64,000 nt of DNA from contig JBEKBM010000010.1 in assembly GCA_050015395.1 (NCBI GenBank), positions 1 through 64,000 on the forward strand. The letters run 5' to 3'. Each line of letters starts with the position of its first letter. The first letter of the stretch is position 1. Below are positions 50,272 through 60,215 of the stretch, one piece after another. The position numbers and the translations under genes were made by a program. Under the pieces are notes generated by a model. It did not search any database. It saw only the letters and a list, made by a program, of their open reading frames with translations, and was not told the DNA's origin. The DNA comes from Candidatus Bathyarchaeia archaeon (GTDB lineage Archaea > Thermoproteota > Bathyarchaeia > Bathyarchaeales > Bathycorpusculaceae).

Positions 50272-50622
50272 GAAAACTCAGCTTAACCACAAGCAAGCGA
50301 AGACCCACCCAAGATAGACCTTCCTCACCTTTCTTTCTTTATTCCAAACCCTAAATCAATGCAAAATGGGCGACCTAAGTTTTTTCATTTTTCAATAAGT
50401 TTTAATTTTTAAAGTATGTATTTGCTATGAAAATCATCAGTACAATGGAAAAAAATTTTCATGCCGCTTCTATGAACACTTACGTTATAAACTTTAGCTG
50501 GCGCCTTTTTGGTCAAGAACTAGTTGTGGTTGGACTTTGTACAATCCTTAGTTTTGCAACTTCATTTTTGTCTAGGTTTCACTAGTGAAAAAATTGGCCT
50601 GTCTCTGTTTTCTGATAAGGCT

Positions 50623-50649
50623 GTTTTGGGTTGCTTTTTTGGTTCAGGG
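50623..50649. repeat. 27-bp dispersed motif, copy 2
   Basis: GTTTTGGGTTGCTTTTTTGGTTCAGGG. Confidence 0.7.
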
Positions 50650-50669
50650 GTTTGAGGTGTTTGCAGGTT

Positions 50670-50749
50670 GCGTCTCTACGCGTTTGCTTGCGTTTTTCTG
50701 CGTGTTTGTGCGTTGTTCTGCGTTTATTCGCGTTTCTTTGCGTTTATAA
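50670..50749. repeat. Eight GCGT-headed units at exact 10-bp spacing
   Basis: GCGT at 50670, 50680, 50690, 50700, 50710, 50720, 50730 and 50740. Confidence 0.88.
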
Positions 50750-50973
50750 ATGCTTAAGTATAAGTGTTAGAAGCAAGAAGTTATATGCCGTTAACTGAGA
50801 AAGCTACCTTTACAGTAACGCTTCAAAGCTTCATTAAAGTGTAAATTCGTGTAAAAAGTGCAAAAAAGTGTGCTAATAAGAGCTCAACTTGTCGCTGACT
50901 CAAACGGCAATTCAGCATGACGTCTCAGAATTTAATTTTCGAGTTTTTTTCTCCGCTAATTTTTGTTCTGTTT

Positions 50974-51000
50974 GTTTTGGGTTGCTTATTTGGTTTAGGG
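50974..51000. repeat. 27-bp dispersed motif, copy 3
   Basis: GTTTTGGGTTGCTTATTTGGTTTAGGG. Confidence 0.7.
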
Positions 51001-51186
51001 TTTGTAAAGGTATTCGTTTTGATTTTAGTTTAAATTTTTTCAGAAATCCAATGAAAAATAAATTGGAAAGCCGGCGCGTGCTTGCGGTTTGAGTGAGCTA
51101 TACTCGCGCGTTCGGAACAAATCTCAGCACGAATTTACTGATTAGACGGACAGGCAGCCAGCGCGCTTTTAGCAACATCTCCGCCA

Positions 51187-52443
51187 TCAGCCATTCGTTT
51201 GCGCGGGTTGCGTATGAATCGATGTCGAAATAAGCCAGGCTGAAACCGCCAAGCATGCGGCGGCGGTTATGAAGGTTGTATAGAATCCGAGATAAAATGA
51301 GGAGAATCCCGAAACTAGGGATCCAATCATCGTGGCGATTGCCACCAGTGCACTGTAGACCCCCAAGGAAGAACCCTGATTTGTTTGTCCAAGCGCGTTG
51401 AACACCATGGTGTTCGATGCGGTGTAGTATATCGAATAGGCAAGTCCGGCGGCAAGGGGATAGAAAATTAGTACGGGAGCCAGGAACCATATTCCGGCTA
51501 CGAGGTATACGGAAACACCCAATAGCCCGTAGCACGTTGATCTTAGGATAAGGCTTGCGACCGTTGCCTTAACAGGCGATTTTTTCTCGGTGTAGGGTCC
51601 AGCAAACCTGAATGAAACTACCTGGACCGCCATGCTGATTGCTGTGGCTAAGAAAATCAGCAGGTTCGAAGCATGATTCGCCTGCAAAGAGGGAACGATT
51701 GAAGTGTTGAAGATTCCCGACCCCAGATAGAACGCGAAGATGGAGAGATAAAGAAGCGGCACTTGTCTGGTAAGTTCGTATTTTAATGCTCTGAACTCCC
51801 TTCTGAAATCGTTTAACCTGGGAATCCTCAAGAACAGGTACGGAATGGCTTGAAGCCGCTGAAAGAAGCTGGGCTTAGTCAAGGCTATTATACGTCGCTC
51901 GAAAATAACGTTCGGCTCATTTATCATCAGAACAGAAAGACCAGCAGAAATCAACGACAGAATTGCCAAAGCCAGTACAATGTAACTTAACGAAAAAACC
52001 AAAGACCAAGCCAAGCAGAGAACCAGCCCCACAGTGTTGCCGATGCTCACAATCATAGATAATCTTGCAAACGCACTAGCCCACTTTTGTTTGCGCTCCG
52101 TCTCCATGATGAGAAGATTCAAAGGCGTTGTCGAAGCGGTCGTTGCAAAAGAGAACAAGGCGTACAGCAAAGAGATAGAGTAAAAGGTTCTTGCAACGAA
52201 AAACAAGACAAAAACCCCGGCCGTCGCCACGTAACTCACAATGATAATCGGCCTCCTTCTGCGGGCTCGATCAGCAGCAAAACCCCAAAACATAGCAGCA
52301 GGAATGCTAACCGTATTATACAGTGTAACCGCGAGACCGACTTCAATAACCGTTCCATGCATGTTTAAAATAAAGAGCTGAATAAGGGTCGAAACAGGCC
52401 CCAAAGCAATGCTAATTGGCAGCACCGAATTTATCCAAGCCAC
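51187..52443 (-). CDS. MFS transporter
   Basis: About 12 hydrophobic segments, motif A WGFAADRARRRR. Confidence 0.88.
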   Translation of the reverse strand: MAWINSVLPISIALGPVSTLIQLFILNMHGTVIEVGLAVTLYNTVSIPAAMFWGFAADRARRRRPIIIVSYVATAGVFVLFFVARTFYSISLLYALFSFATTASTTPLNLLIMETERKQKWASAFARLSMIVSIGNTVGLVLCLAWSLVFSLSYIVLALAILSLISAGLSVLMINEPNVIFERRIIALTKPSFFQRLQAIPYLFLRIPRLNDFRREFRALKYELTRQVPLLYLSIFAFYLGSGIFNTSIVPSLQANHASNLLIFLATAISMAVQVVSFRFAGPYTEKKSPVKATVASLILRSTCYGLLGVSVYLVAGIWFLAPVLIFYPLAAGLAYSIYYTASNTMVFNALGQTNQGSSLGVYSALVAIATMIGSLVSGFSSFYLGFYTTFITAAACLAVSAWLISTSIHTQPAQTNG

Positions 52444-52732
52444 GCGGTTCGCCTTCGCAGCGACAGCCGGACTATTCTGAACACGAGAATCAGCCTCAGG
52501 GCTTCCGCTTGATCGTTCCTGTATCGTTAGACCTCCTTTTCGAGTTCAAAATGAACCTCTTCTTCTCCGGCAGCGGTCAGCCCACTCAACCATTTTAACG
52601 CATATCATTATGCATGTCTTAAAAAATTAACTGAACGCCCAAGGATGCAGCATGCATGGATGTTCCTAAAATGGTGAAAAATGGTTTTAAGCCCGCTTCT
52701 TAGGTCAGGGTCTCTTTTCGAGGCATGCGCGC

Positions 52733-53806
52733 TCATGTTTTTTGTGTGTCTTTTATTAGCGCGGCGCTTCTCTTGAGATCGAGGATTTTGTTGTTTATCA
52801 TTTCCCAAAGGTCAATTTCTGGGATGGGTCTAAAGCTGGGACAGAATTGTTCCTTAGCGATCTCATAGATTGCTTGGTTAATTGGCATTGGAACACCTAC
52901 ATTGCGGGCTAATTCAAGCATGTATCCGCTTAATGTTTCTAGTTCTGTGGTTGGTTTTCCGCTGAATACGTCTTGTGTCATGCTGGTTGGTCCGACCCTG
53001 TTGACGATGAAGTCGTGGAGAGGATTTGTGGGTGATTCTGGCATGTTAACTGCTATTTGGATATCGTTCCAAGAGGGCATGCTGCCAAGCTTGTGCTCTT
53101 TAAAGCCTGCTGCTTGCAGTACCTGGATTCCTTCTCCTAGTAGTCTTGTTGTCATGTGCACAAGGATCTTTTCTGACTCGATTGATCGTTTTCGGAAGCC
53201 TACTAGTGCCATTAATGCGTTTATGAGGTTAATTGCTAATTTGCAGTGAACTGCATCCTGTAAACGATTAGTGATAAAGCATTCTAATCCGGGATATAAG
53301 ACGTTTTTAACGCTTTTAAGTTCGAGTTGCAGGTCATTGTTCGGGGTTCCAATAATTAGGTATCCTCGTTTTACATATGTGGCTTTCCCGACACCGTCTC
53401 GCCACGCGTTGTAGCAGACGACGCCGTATATTGCTCTAGAAAAATACTTGGGCAGTATCTGCTGGTTTTCTACGCCGTTCTGAAGGCTTGCAACGATTGG
53501 CTGACAATTTCCAAGTTGGTGCCGAAGCGTATGTGCTGTTCGGTCGAGATCATAGTTTTTCACGGTAATGATTATAATGTCTGGAGGCGGAATCTCGTCT
53601 AGTGATTCAATTACTTTTACTGGCATTGGAGCAGTTGTGGCTTCTTGACCTATTTTGTAAAGCCGTAACCCGTGTCTTCTAATCGCAGCAACGCTTTCGC
53701 CTCGTGCTAGAAGATTCAAGTTTTCATTGTGAGGAAAAATCCAGCCTGCTACGCTTAAACCGATTGCCCCCGCTCCGACGATTAGAACATTGGGTTTTTC
53801 TTTCAA
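52733..53806 (-). CDS. Ketopantoate reductase family (PanE/ApbA)
   Basis: VGAGAIG, TVK, SLQNG, KLAIN, TSMTQD, TELETLSG. Confidence 0.85.
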   Translation of the reverse strand: MKEKPNVLIVGAGAIGLSVAGWIFPHNENLNLLARGESVAAIRRHGLRLYKIGQEATTAPMPVKVIESLDEIPPPDIIIITVKNYDLDRTAHTLRHQLGNCQPIVASLQNGVENQQILPKYFSRAIYGVVCYNAWRDGVGKATYVKRGYLIIGTPNNDLQLELKSVKNVLYPGLECFITNRLQDAVHCKLAINLINALMALVGFRKRSIESEKILVHMTTRLLGEGIQVLQAAGFKEHKLGSMPSWNDIQIAVNMPESPTNPLHDFIVNRVGPTSMTQDVFSGKPTTELETLSGYMLELARNVGVPMPINQAIYEIAKEQFCPSFRPIPEIDLWEMINNKILDLKRSAALIKDTQKT

Positions 53807-54102
53807 GGGATCACACTCGTCGATCGTTCTTACCGTTCTTTAACAACACCTTGTCCAGAACGGGCGAGATAATTATAATTTGCTGAGAGCAAATCGATAA
53901 ATTAATGCACCAGATGGGAAAGACTCGTGCGTGCTTTCGACCATGGTTGGAATTGAACCCTGCCCAACGCATTTCTGTTGTAGTTTCCTATCTAAAGGTT
54001 TTATTACTAACTGTATCTCACGACTGTTAACATGGAGAAGCATCCCACGAAGAGTTAACAGAACCTTTTTTCTTCTTTAGTGCTTTTTTTCTACATTAAA
54101 AA

Positions 54103-54288
54103 ACAGCTTTTTCTATGTTGAAAAGCATCGTTCTGCATGCAAAGTGCGCAGTCTTCGCTCTATGCACATCTATGTTGAATCATATTTGAAGCATATTAGA
54201 AGCATCTAGTAGACCGGTAGGTAGGCTGAGCACACACAAATACCCTAAAACAAAAAACGAGAGCTAAATACATACACGCAATAAAACT
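54103..54288. repeat. Dispersed intergenic repeat, copy B (inverted relative to A)
   Basis: 54170-54217 is the exact reverse complement of 35045-35092. Confidence 0.9.
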
Positions 54289-54373
54289 GGTCAAAGAAAG
54301 CTTAGACAGGCCTGAAAGAAAAAAGATGGTGGAATAAGGCGCTTTTGCGGCGTTTATCAGTGTCTATTCTTTG

Positions 54374-55024
54374 CTAAGCTTCTATGCTTGTCTTTTTGCT
54401 AATGGCAACTCCAGTAGCTACTTCTGGAAATTGTTCCTTAAGCCTGTTCCCTGCAGCTAACTCTGCTTCCTCTAAGATTTTTTCTGCGTCTGCGTTTACT
54501 GTTCCAATATTCACTGGCATTTCTGTGGATTGGTTAGTTGAGGTCACTATGTCCGTTAGCAAACTTCCGATGTTTTCAAGCTCCTGACCTGCCTCTGGCA
54601 AAATAGTAGACATTCCAGAACGAATGCTGTTTAGCACACTTGCTGCTGGAGCTAACACTGTAACTAAGTCGCCAATTTCTGAAACTGTGCTGAGACGCAT
54701 AGACACGCTTTCCAAAGCAAGCGACTCCTGCATCAGCATTTTCTCTACTTTGCGTATTTCCCAGAGTTCGCTGGCAAGGATGTTTGCCCGTGCCTTATCC
54801 CTTTCTGAGAGGGCTTTCACAACACATTTGAAGAGGGCAGCATCACGATTTTCAAAACGTTTTACCGCCATGTCTAGCGTCTGGGTTTGGACGTCAATGC
54901 GTTTAGTTACCAAACTGATTTGTTGTTTTATATCTTGCGAAGGCTTGCCAATGTTTTTGATCTTCGATGTAATTAATGGCTGGCTCTCTTTATCTCTCCA
55001 TTTACCCAAGAAACGGTTAACCAA
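54374..55024 (-). CDS. ESCRT-III / Snf7 family protein (CdvB paralog)
   Basis: RANILASELWEIRK...LALESVSMRLSTVSEIGDLVTVLAPA...LPEA...AEKILEEA. Confidence 0.85.
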   Translation of the reverse strand: MVNRFLGKWRDKESQPLITSKIKNIGKPSQDIKQQISLVTKRIDVQTQTLDMAVKRFENRDAALFKCVVKALSERDKARANILASELWEIRKVEKMLMQESLALESVSMRLSTVSEIGDLVTVLAPAASVLNSIRSGMSTILPEAGQELENIGSLLTDIVTSTNQSTEMPVNIGTVNADAEKILEEAELAAGNRLKEQFPEVATGVAISKKTSIEA

Positions 55025-55381
55025 GATAGCTTTCTCCTAAGTTTCCTCACTCGTTTCACCAGCAGGAAATAAAATATAAAAGAGTGTTCGAAACGATAAG
55101 TTAAAACTCGACCTCAGAAAAACCTCATTTTTAATTTTCTTTCTAAACTATTACGTGGCTGAAAGGCTTTGTTACATTGAATTTAACTGAGACTCAAGGG
55201 GAGCTCAAAAAATTTGTATTTAAGCTACTTTGATAGGTTCGTCGCTGCTAACAAAAAAACATTATTCTTCCCAACTGTTTTAGGCACTTTAACTATTTAA
55301 AAAAAAGCGTTTTCCTTGAGGGAAGGAAGTTTACTTTTTATATAAGGGTGAAGGAGTGCCCTGAAGGTAATAGAAATTCCC

Positions 55382-56623
55382 TTATTTTCTGATTTGCCCA
55401 TTGCCTAAAACAACGTATTTTGTTGTGGTTAAATGCTGAACGCTCATGGGTCCTCTTGCATGAAGCTTCTGTGTGCTGATGCCTATTTCCGCGCCTAACC
55501 CGAACTGATTGCCATCAGTAAACCGTGTGGATGCGTTCCAGTAGACAACGGCTGAATCGACTTCCCGTATGAAACGCATGGCTTTGTCAAAGTCGGTTGT
55601 GAGGATGGAGTCTGAATGTTGGGAGCCATACTTGTTAATGTGAGCTATGGCTTCGTCTAGGTCTTTCACAACTTTTACGCCCATGATTAGGTCTAAATAT
55701 TCGGTGTACCAGTCCTGTTCAGTTGCAAGTTTCACGTCTGCAACAATTTTTCGGGTTTCTTCGTCGCCTCTAACTTCCACGCCTTCCTTTCGCAGAGCAG
55801 CAATCACAACTGGCAAGTAGTGCTCTGCGATTTTGCTGTGGACCAAGAGTTTTTCTGCGGCGTTGCAGGTTCCTGGTCTTTGGCATTTAGCGTTTATCAC
55901 TATGGGTGTTGCTTTTTCTAAGTCTGCGTCTTCTTCAACGTAAACATGGCAGTTGCCGGTTCCTGTTTCAATAACTGGAATGCGCGAAGTCTCAACCACA
56001 GTTTTGATTAAATCTGCGCCTCCGCGAGGAATAAGCACATCAATGTACTGTCGCATACGCATCAGTTCCTCCGCAACCTTACGTTCAGGAGAATTCACCA
56101 CTTGAACAGCGTCAACTGGAACATTTGTCCCCGCCAAAGCGTCCCGCAGCACATCGCCAATGGCTACGTTCGAGTTTAAAGCGTCTGAGCCGCCGCGAAG
56201 GATAACTGCGTTTCCAGATTTAATGCAGATTCCTGCCGCGTCAGAGGTTACGTCTGGGCGTGACTCGTAAATTACTCCTACAACACCTAAAGGCACACGA
56301 ACCTGGCTAATTATCAAACCGTTCGGTCTTGTCCAACTGCTTATTATAGTGCCAATCGGGTCGGCTAAGCCTGAAACTTCTCGGAGACCGCGAGCCATGG
56401 CCTGTATTTTGCGTTGGTCCAGTGCTAAACGGTCAAGTAACGCTGATTTGAGCCCTTTGGCTTTGGCAGCTTCCACATCTGCTTTGTTTGCCGCCAAAAT
56501 TTTATCAGCATCAGCCTCAAGAGCGTTCGCCATCCTGCAAAGCGCAGTGTTTTTTGTTTCCGCCGAAAGCTTTGCCATTTCAACTGAGGCAGCCTTTGCT
56601 TTCTTGCATATTTCAGTTATCAT
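55382..56623 (-). CDS. proA: Gamma-glutamyl phosphate reductase
   Basis: IYESRP, GTCNAAE, NASTRFTDG, GISTQKLHARGP. Confidence 0.96.
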   Translation of the reverse strand: MITEICKKAKAASVEMAKLSAETKNTALCRMANALEADADKILAANKADVEAAKAKGLKSALLDRLALDQRKIQAMARGLREVSGLADPIGTIISSWTRPNGLIISQVRVPLGVVGVIYESRPDVTSDAAGICIKSGNAVILRGGSDALNSNVAIGDVLRDALAGTNVPVDAVQVVNSPERKVAEELMRMRQYIDVLIPRGGADLIKTVVETSRIPVIETGTGNCHVYVEEDADLEKATPIVINAKCQRPGTCNAAEKLLVHSKIAEHYLPVVIAALRKEGVEVRGDEETRKIVADVKLATEQDWYTEYLDLIMGVKVVKDLDEAIAHINKYGSQHSDSILTTDFDKAMRFIREVDSAVVYWNASTRFTDGNQFGLGAEIGISTQKLHARGPMSVQHLTTTKYVVLGNGQIRK

Positions 56624-57747
56624 TTTTCTTCCTCAATTAAGTGTATATTTCTATGTTCAATAACTTCTTTAGGCTTATCGGAACCAAGCGTCTTTTGCAC
56701 TTCTATTATTTGTAATCCTTTAATTAGATTCAACTCGCCACTAGTATAATTCGGGTTACCCTTTGCAAACTCAACTTTGTTTTCGTCAACAATACTTACT
56801 ACGTCGCCAACGTTAAAGTGCCCCACAACCCGTATTATGCCAACAGGTAACAAGCTTGAACCTTCAAGTATAGCTTTCTTGGCGCCCTCGTTAACGTGGA
56901 TTTGGCCTTTAACTGCGGCTCCATACGCAATCCAGCGTTTTATTGCTGACATTGGATTCTGAGGCTTAAAAAAGGTGCCCACATCTTTTCCCGCAAGAAT
57001 ATCAAGTAACACGTTTTCTCTTCTACTGTTAGCTATAACCACGGGGATTCCGCATGAAGTGGCAATTTCAGCAGCTTTAATTTTGCTTTGAATTCCGCCT
57101 CTGCCTAACTTGCTCTTTCCGTTAAGCGAACCCTTCAATTCAGGCGTTATGGCATCTACGGTTTTTATTAACTGTGCATCTGGTTCTTGAGGGTCAACGG
57201 TGTATAAGCCCTCAACATCTGATAGGATTATAATCATGTCTGCGCCAATTGCGCTTGCGACAAGAACTGAGAGGATGTCGTTGTCGCTGAAGTTTACTTT
57301 GTAGCCTTCCTTTAGTCTAAGCTCATCTACCGATGTGACGTCATTTTCGTTAATTATTGGAATGACGCCTGTTTTCAGAAGCATCCTTAACACGTTACAG
57401 GTGTGAACGTAGGATGCTCGGTTGGAAAGGTCTTCTGCTGTAAGCAGGATTTGTGCAACCTTTAGTCCATGCGCCTTGAAGAATTCACGGTATTTCGCCA
57501 TTAGTACACTCTGGCCTGTTGCGGCTGCAGCCTGTTGAAACACTACATCGTTAGGTTTCGGTGGTATACCAAGTTCTGCTATTCCTGCAGCTACCGCTCC
57601 TGAAGTTACAAGGACCACTTTGTCTCCTTGTTTGGTTGCGGCTGCTATTTGACTGGTTAATTTTTGCATTTCTTCCTCGTCAAGGTTCCCTTCGCTGGTT
57701 GTTATGCCGCTTGTGCCAACCTTAACAACTATTAATCTTGAAGGCAT
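56620..57747 (-). CDS. proB: Glutamate 5-kinase with PUA domain
   Basis: VKVGTS, TSGAV, INEND, SDND, C-terminal SLLPVG. Confidence 0.95.
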   Translation of the reverse strand: MPSRLIVVKVGTSGITTSEGNLDEEEMQKLTSQIAAATKQGDKVVLVTSGAVAAGIAELGIPPKPNDVVFQQAAAATGQSVLMAKYREFFKAHGLKVAQILLTAEDLSNRASYVHTCNVLRMLLKTGVIPIINENDVTSVDELRLKEGYKVNFSDNDILSVLVASAIGADMIIILSDVEGLYTVDPQEPDAQLIKTVDAITPELKGSLNGKSKLGRGGIQSKIKAAEIATSCGIPVVIANSRRENVLLDILAGKDVGTFFKPQNPMSAIKRWIAYGAAVKGQIHVNEGAKKAILEGSSLLPVGIIRVVGHFNVGDVVSIVDENKVEFAKGNPNYTSGELNLIKGLQIIEVQKTLGSDKPKEVIEHRNIHLIEEEK

Positions 57748-57922
57748 TACTTAATCACTTTAAAGCACAGACTTATTCAGTTATGTTCCAAACTTCCTTA
57801 AAAATGCAACTAAATTGCAAAGGCAAAATTGAATTTAGAACATATTAATTACGCGTTTATACAAAACATTGCTCCAAATTTTAGGAAAAATATATAAGCA
57901 ATAGAGGCATCGATTTTTCAAC

Positions 57923-60115
57923 ATGTTAATAAACTTACTACCCTTAGCCACATTAATGGTTAACTCCCCCATGGTATTTTGGCTCGCACCAATATCGGGC
58001 TTTATCGCAATAGCTGCTTCACTTTTGCTCATGCGCAAAATAGGCAAAATGAGTCCAGGTGCACCAAAAGCAGTTGAAGTGGCCAATGCAATCCGCGAAG
58101 GCGCTTACGCTTTCCTCAAAAGGCAATACCGTACAATAGCCATAATCACCGTCATCGTGTTTGTCCTGTTGGCGGTTGCCCCCGGCTTCGGGTTAGGCAC
58201 TGCCGCGGCGTTCTTAGTGGGCGCCGTTGCCTCTTTGTCTGCAGGATACATAGCCATGGACAACGCCACCAAAGCAAACGTGCGCACCGTGGCAGCCGCG
58301 AAAGAAAGCGGCGCAGAAAAAGCCCTCAAAACTGCTTTTTACGGCGGTGCCACGATGGGTATGGCGGTTGTGGGTTTATCTCTTTTGGGTGTAAGCTTTC
58401 TATTCTTGATTTACGGCGGCTACAACGCCATGTTTGGCTCGCTGAGTGTCACTCAAGCAGCAACCTTAGGCAGACAAGCTGCAAGTGGAATCGTAGGCAT
58501 GGGTTTCGGAGCCTCATTGATTGCGTTGTTTGCCCAGCTTGGAGGCGGAATTTACACTAAAGCCGCCGACGTCGGGGCAGACCTTGTAGGCAAAATTGAA
58601 GCTGGTATACCTGAAGATGACGCACGCAACCCCGCAGTTATCGCCGATAATGTCGGAGACAACGTGGGTGACTCGGCAGGAAGAGGCGCAGACCTATTCG
58701 AATCTGCAACTGGAGAGAACATCGGCGGAATGATTATCGGCGGCTTAATTAGCATAGCCACTGGAAATCTTATATTCCTGTTTTTCCCGCTTATTGCACG
58801 TTCTCTTGGTATCTTTGCCACATTAATCGGTATGCCTTTCGTGAAGCTCAACGAAGCAGAAGCTAAGCATCCGATGAAAGCTCTAAGAAAAGGTCTCATG
58901 GTCACAACCATAGTTGCAGGCGTTTTGTTCTTGTTTGCCACAATCTTCCTCTTGGGCAATATTTACCTGTTCTTCTGCTTACTCGCCGGTTTGGCAGCAA
59001 GCGTAAGCATAGATTACATTACAGATTACTACACTGGACGAGACCGAGGACCAGTAATGAGGATAGCTAAAGCCAGCGAAACAGGAGCCGCAACCAACAT
59101 AATCACAGGCTTTGCAGTGGGGTTAGAAACAACGGCATTGCCTATAATCTCACTAGTCACAGCGCTCATAGTGTCCTACTTCTTTGGGCTCCAATTTGCA
59201 TACAGCTGGAATGCCAGTCATGTCACACAAATTACGCCCTTCATAGGCGGAATTTACGGAACTACTTTAGCCACAATGGGTATGCTTGCAGTAATGGGCA
59301 TGGTGCTGGCACTTGACGGCTTCGGACCAATCGCTGACAACGCAGCAGGAATAGCCCAAATGTCGGGTGAAGGCGGCGCCGAAGAAACAATGGAAGCCTT
59401 AGATGCGGTCGGAAACACTACCAAAGCATTAACAAAAGGCTTCGCGTTAGGTTCAGCTTTACTTGCAGCGCAACTGCTATTCCAAACATACGCTTCAGAG
59501 GTTTCTTCCCATTTCCATATCACTTTTACTGTGAACGTCGCTGATCCTGTCATATTGGTCGCTGGCTTCATTGGTGCAATGATACCGTTCTTCTTCTCAT
59601 CGCAGGCAATCAGCGCCGTAGGAAAAGCAGCCGCCGAAATGGTTGAAGAAGTCAGACGGCAATTCAGAGAAATCCCTGGCATCATGGACGGAACGGGCAA
59701 GCCTGAGTATGGCAAAGCCGTAGACATCAGCACAAAATCCGCTCTAAAAGGCATGGTAACTCCAGCACTGATCGTCTTGGTTGTTCCGTTAATCATCGGT
59801 GTCCTCTTGGGACCTGAAGCTGTAGGCGCACTCGTAATCGGTGCAACACTAACAGCAGTTCCGCTAGCCTTACTCATGAACACAGGCGGAGGCGCATGGG
59901 ACAACGCAAAGAAGTACATCGAAGCAGGGCACCTCGGCGGTAAGGGTTCCCCCGCTCACGCAGCTGCCGTTGTAGGCGACACAGTCGGCGACCCAATGAA
60001 AGACACAGCAGGACCAAGCCTCCACGTAGTCATAAAACTTCTCAGCACGCTGTCAATCGTCTTCATACCGTTGTTCATAAACGTGCTTCAGCACTACCTA
60101 CCTGCCCTCGTATAG
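57923..60115 (+). CDS. hppA: Membrane-bound pyrophosphatase, K+-independent signature
   Basis: GGIYTKAADVGADLVGK, DNVGDNVGD, GNTTKA (Lys at the K+-dependence position), GDTVGDPMKD. Confidence 0.95.
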   Translation: MLINLLPLATLMVNSPMVFWLAPISGFIAIAASLLLMRKIGKMSPGAPKAVEVANAIREGAYAFLKRQYRTIAIITVIVFVLLAVAPGFGLGTAAAFLVGAVASLSAGYIAMDNATKANVRTVAAAKESGAEKALKTAFYGGATMGMAVVGLSLLGVSFLFLIYGGYNAMFGSLSVTQAATLGRQAASGIVGMGFGASLIALFAQLGGGIYTKAADVGADLVGKIEAGIPEDDARNPAVIADNVGDNVGDSAGRGADLFESATGENIGGMIIGGLISIATGNLIFLFFPLIARSLGIFATLIGMPFVKLNEAEAKHPMKALRKGLMVTTIVAGVLFLFATIFLLGNIYLFFCLLAGLAASVSIDYITDYYTGRDRGPVMRIAKASETGAATNIITGFAVGLETTALPIISLVTALIVSYFFGLQFAYSWNASHVTQITPFIGGIYGTTLATMGMLAVMGMVLALDGFGPIADNAAGIAQMSGEGGAEETMEALDAVGNTTKALTKGFALGSALLAAQLLFQTYASEVSSHFHITFTVNVADPVILVAGFIGAMIPFFFSSQAISAVGKAAAEMVEEVRRQFREIPGIMDGTGKPEYGKAVDISTKSALKGMVTPALIVLVVPLIIGVLLGPEAVGALVIGATLTAVPLALLMNTGGGAWDNAKKYIEAGHLGGKGSPAHAAAVVGDTVGDPMKDTAGPSLHVVIKLLSTLSIVFIPLFINVLQHYLPALV

Positions 60116-60215
60116 TGCGCTAAACCGGGGAAGCTTTTTCTTCCCATAACTCTTTTCGCGTTATAGTATGTTTTTATTTCTTGGTGTTGCAACTAGCTAA
60201 AGAGAAGTGTAGACT

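Noticed and set aside
50670-50749. CRISPR array
   Set aside because: A 10-bp period with a 4-bp constant core is far too short for repeat-spacer units, and no cas genes are present.
53949-53959. tRNA T-loop-like GGTTCAATTCC on the minus strand
   Set aside because: No 5-bp T stem, acceptor stem or anticodon arm can be formed.
59254-59919. Long antisense ORFs (also 7025-7684, 12787-13338, 22247-22888)
   Set aside because: They lie opposite well-supported genes and carry no motifs of their own.
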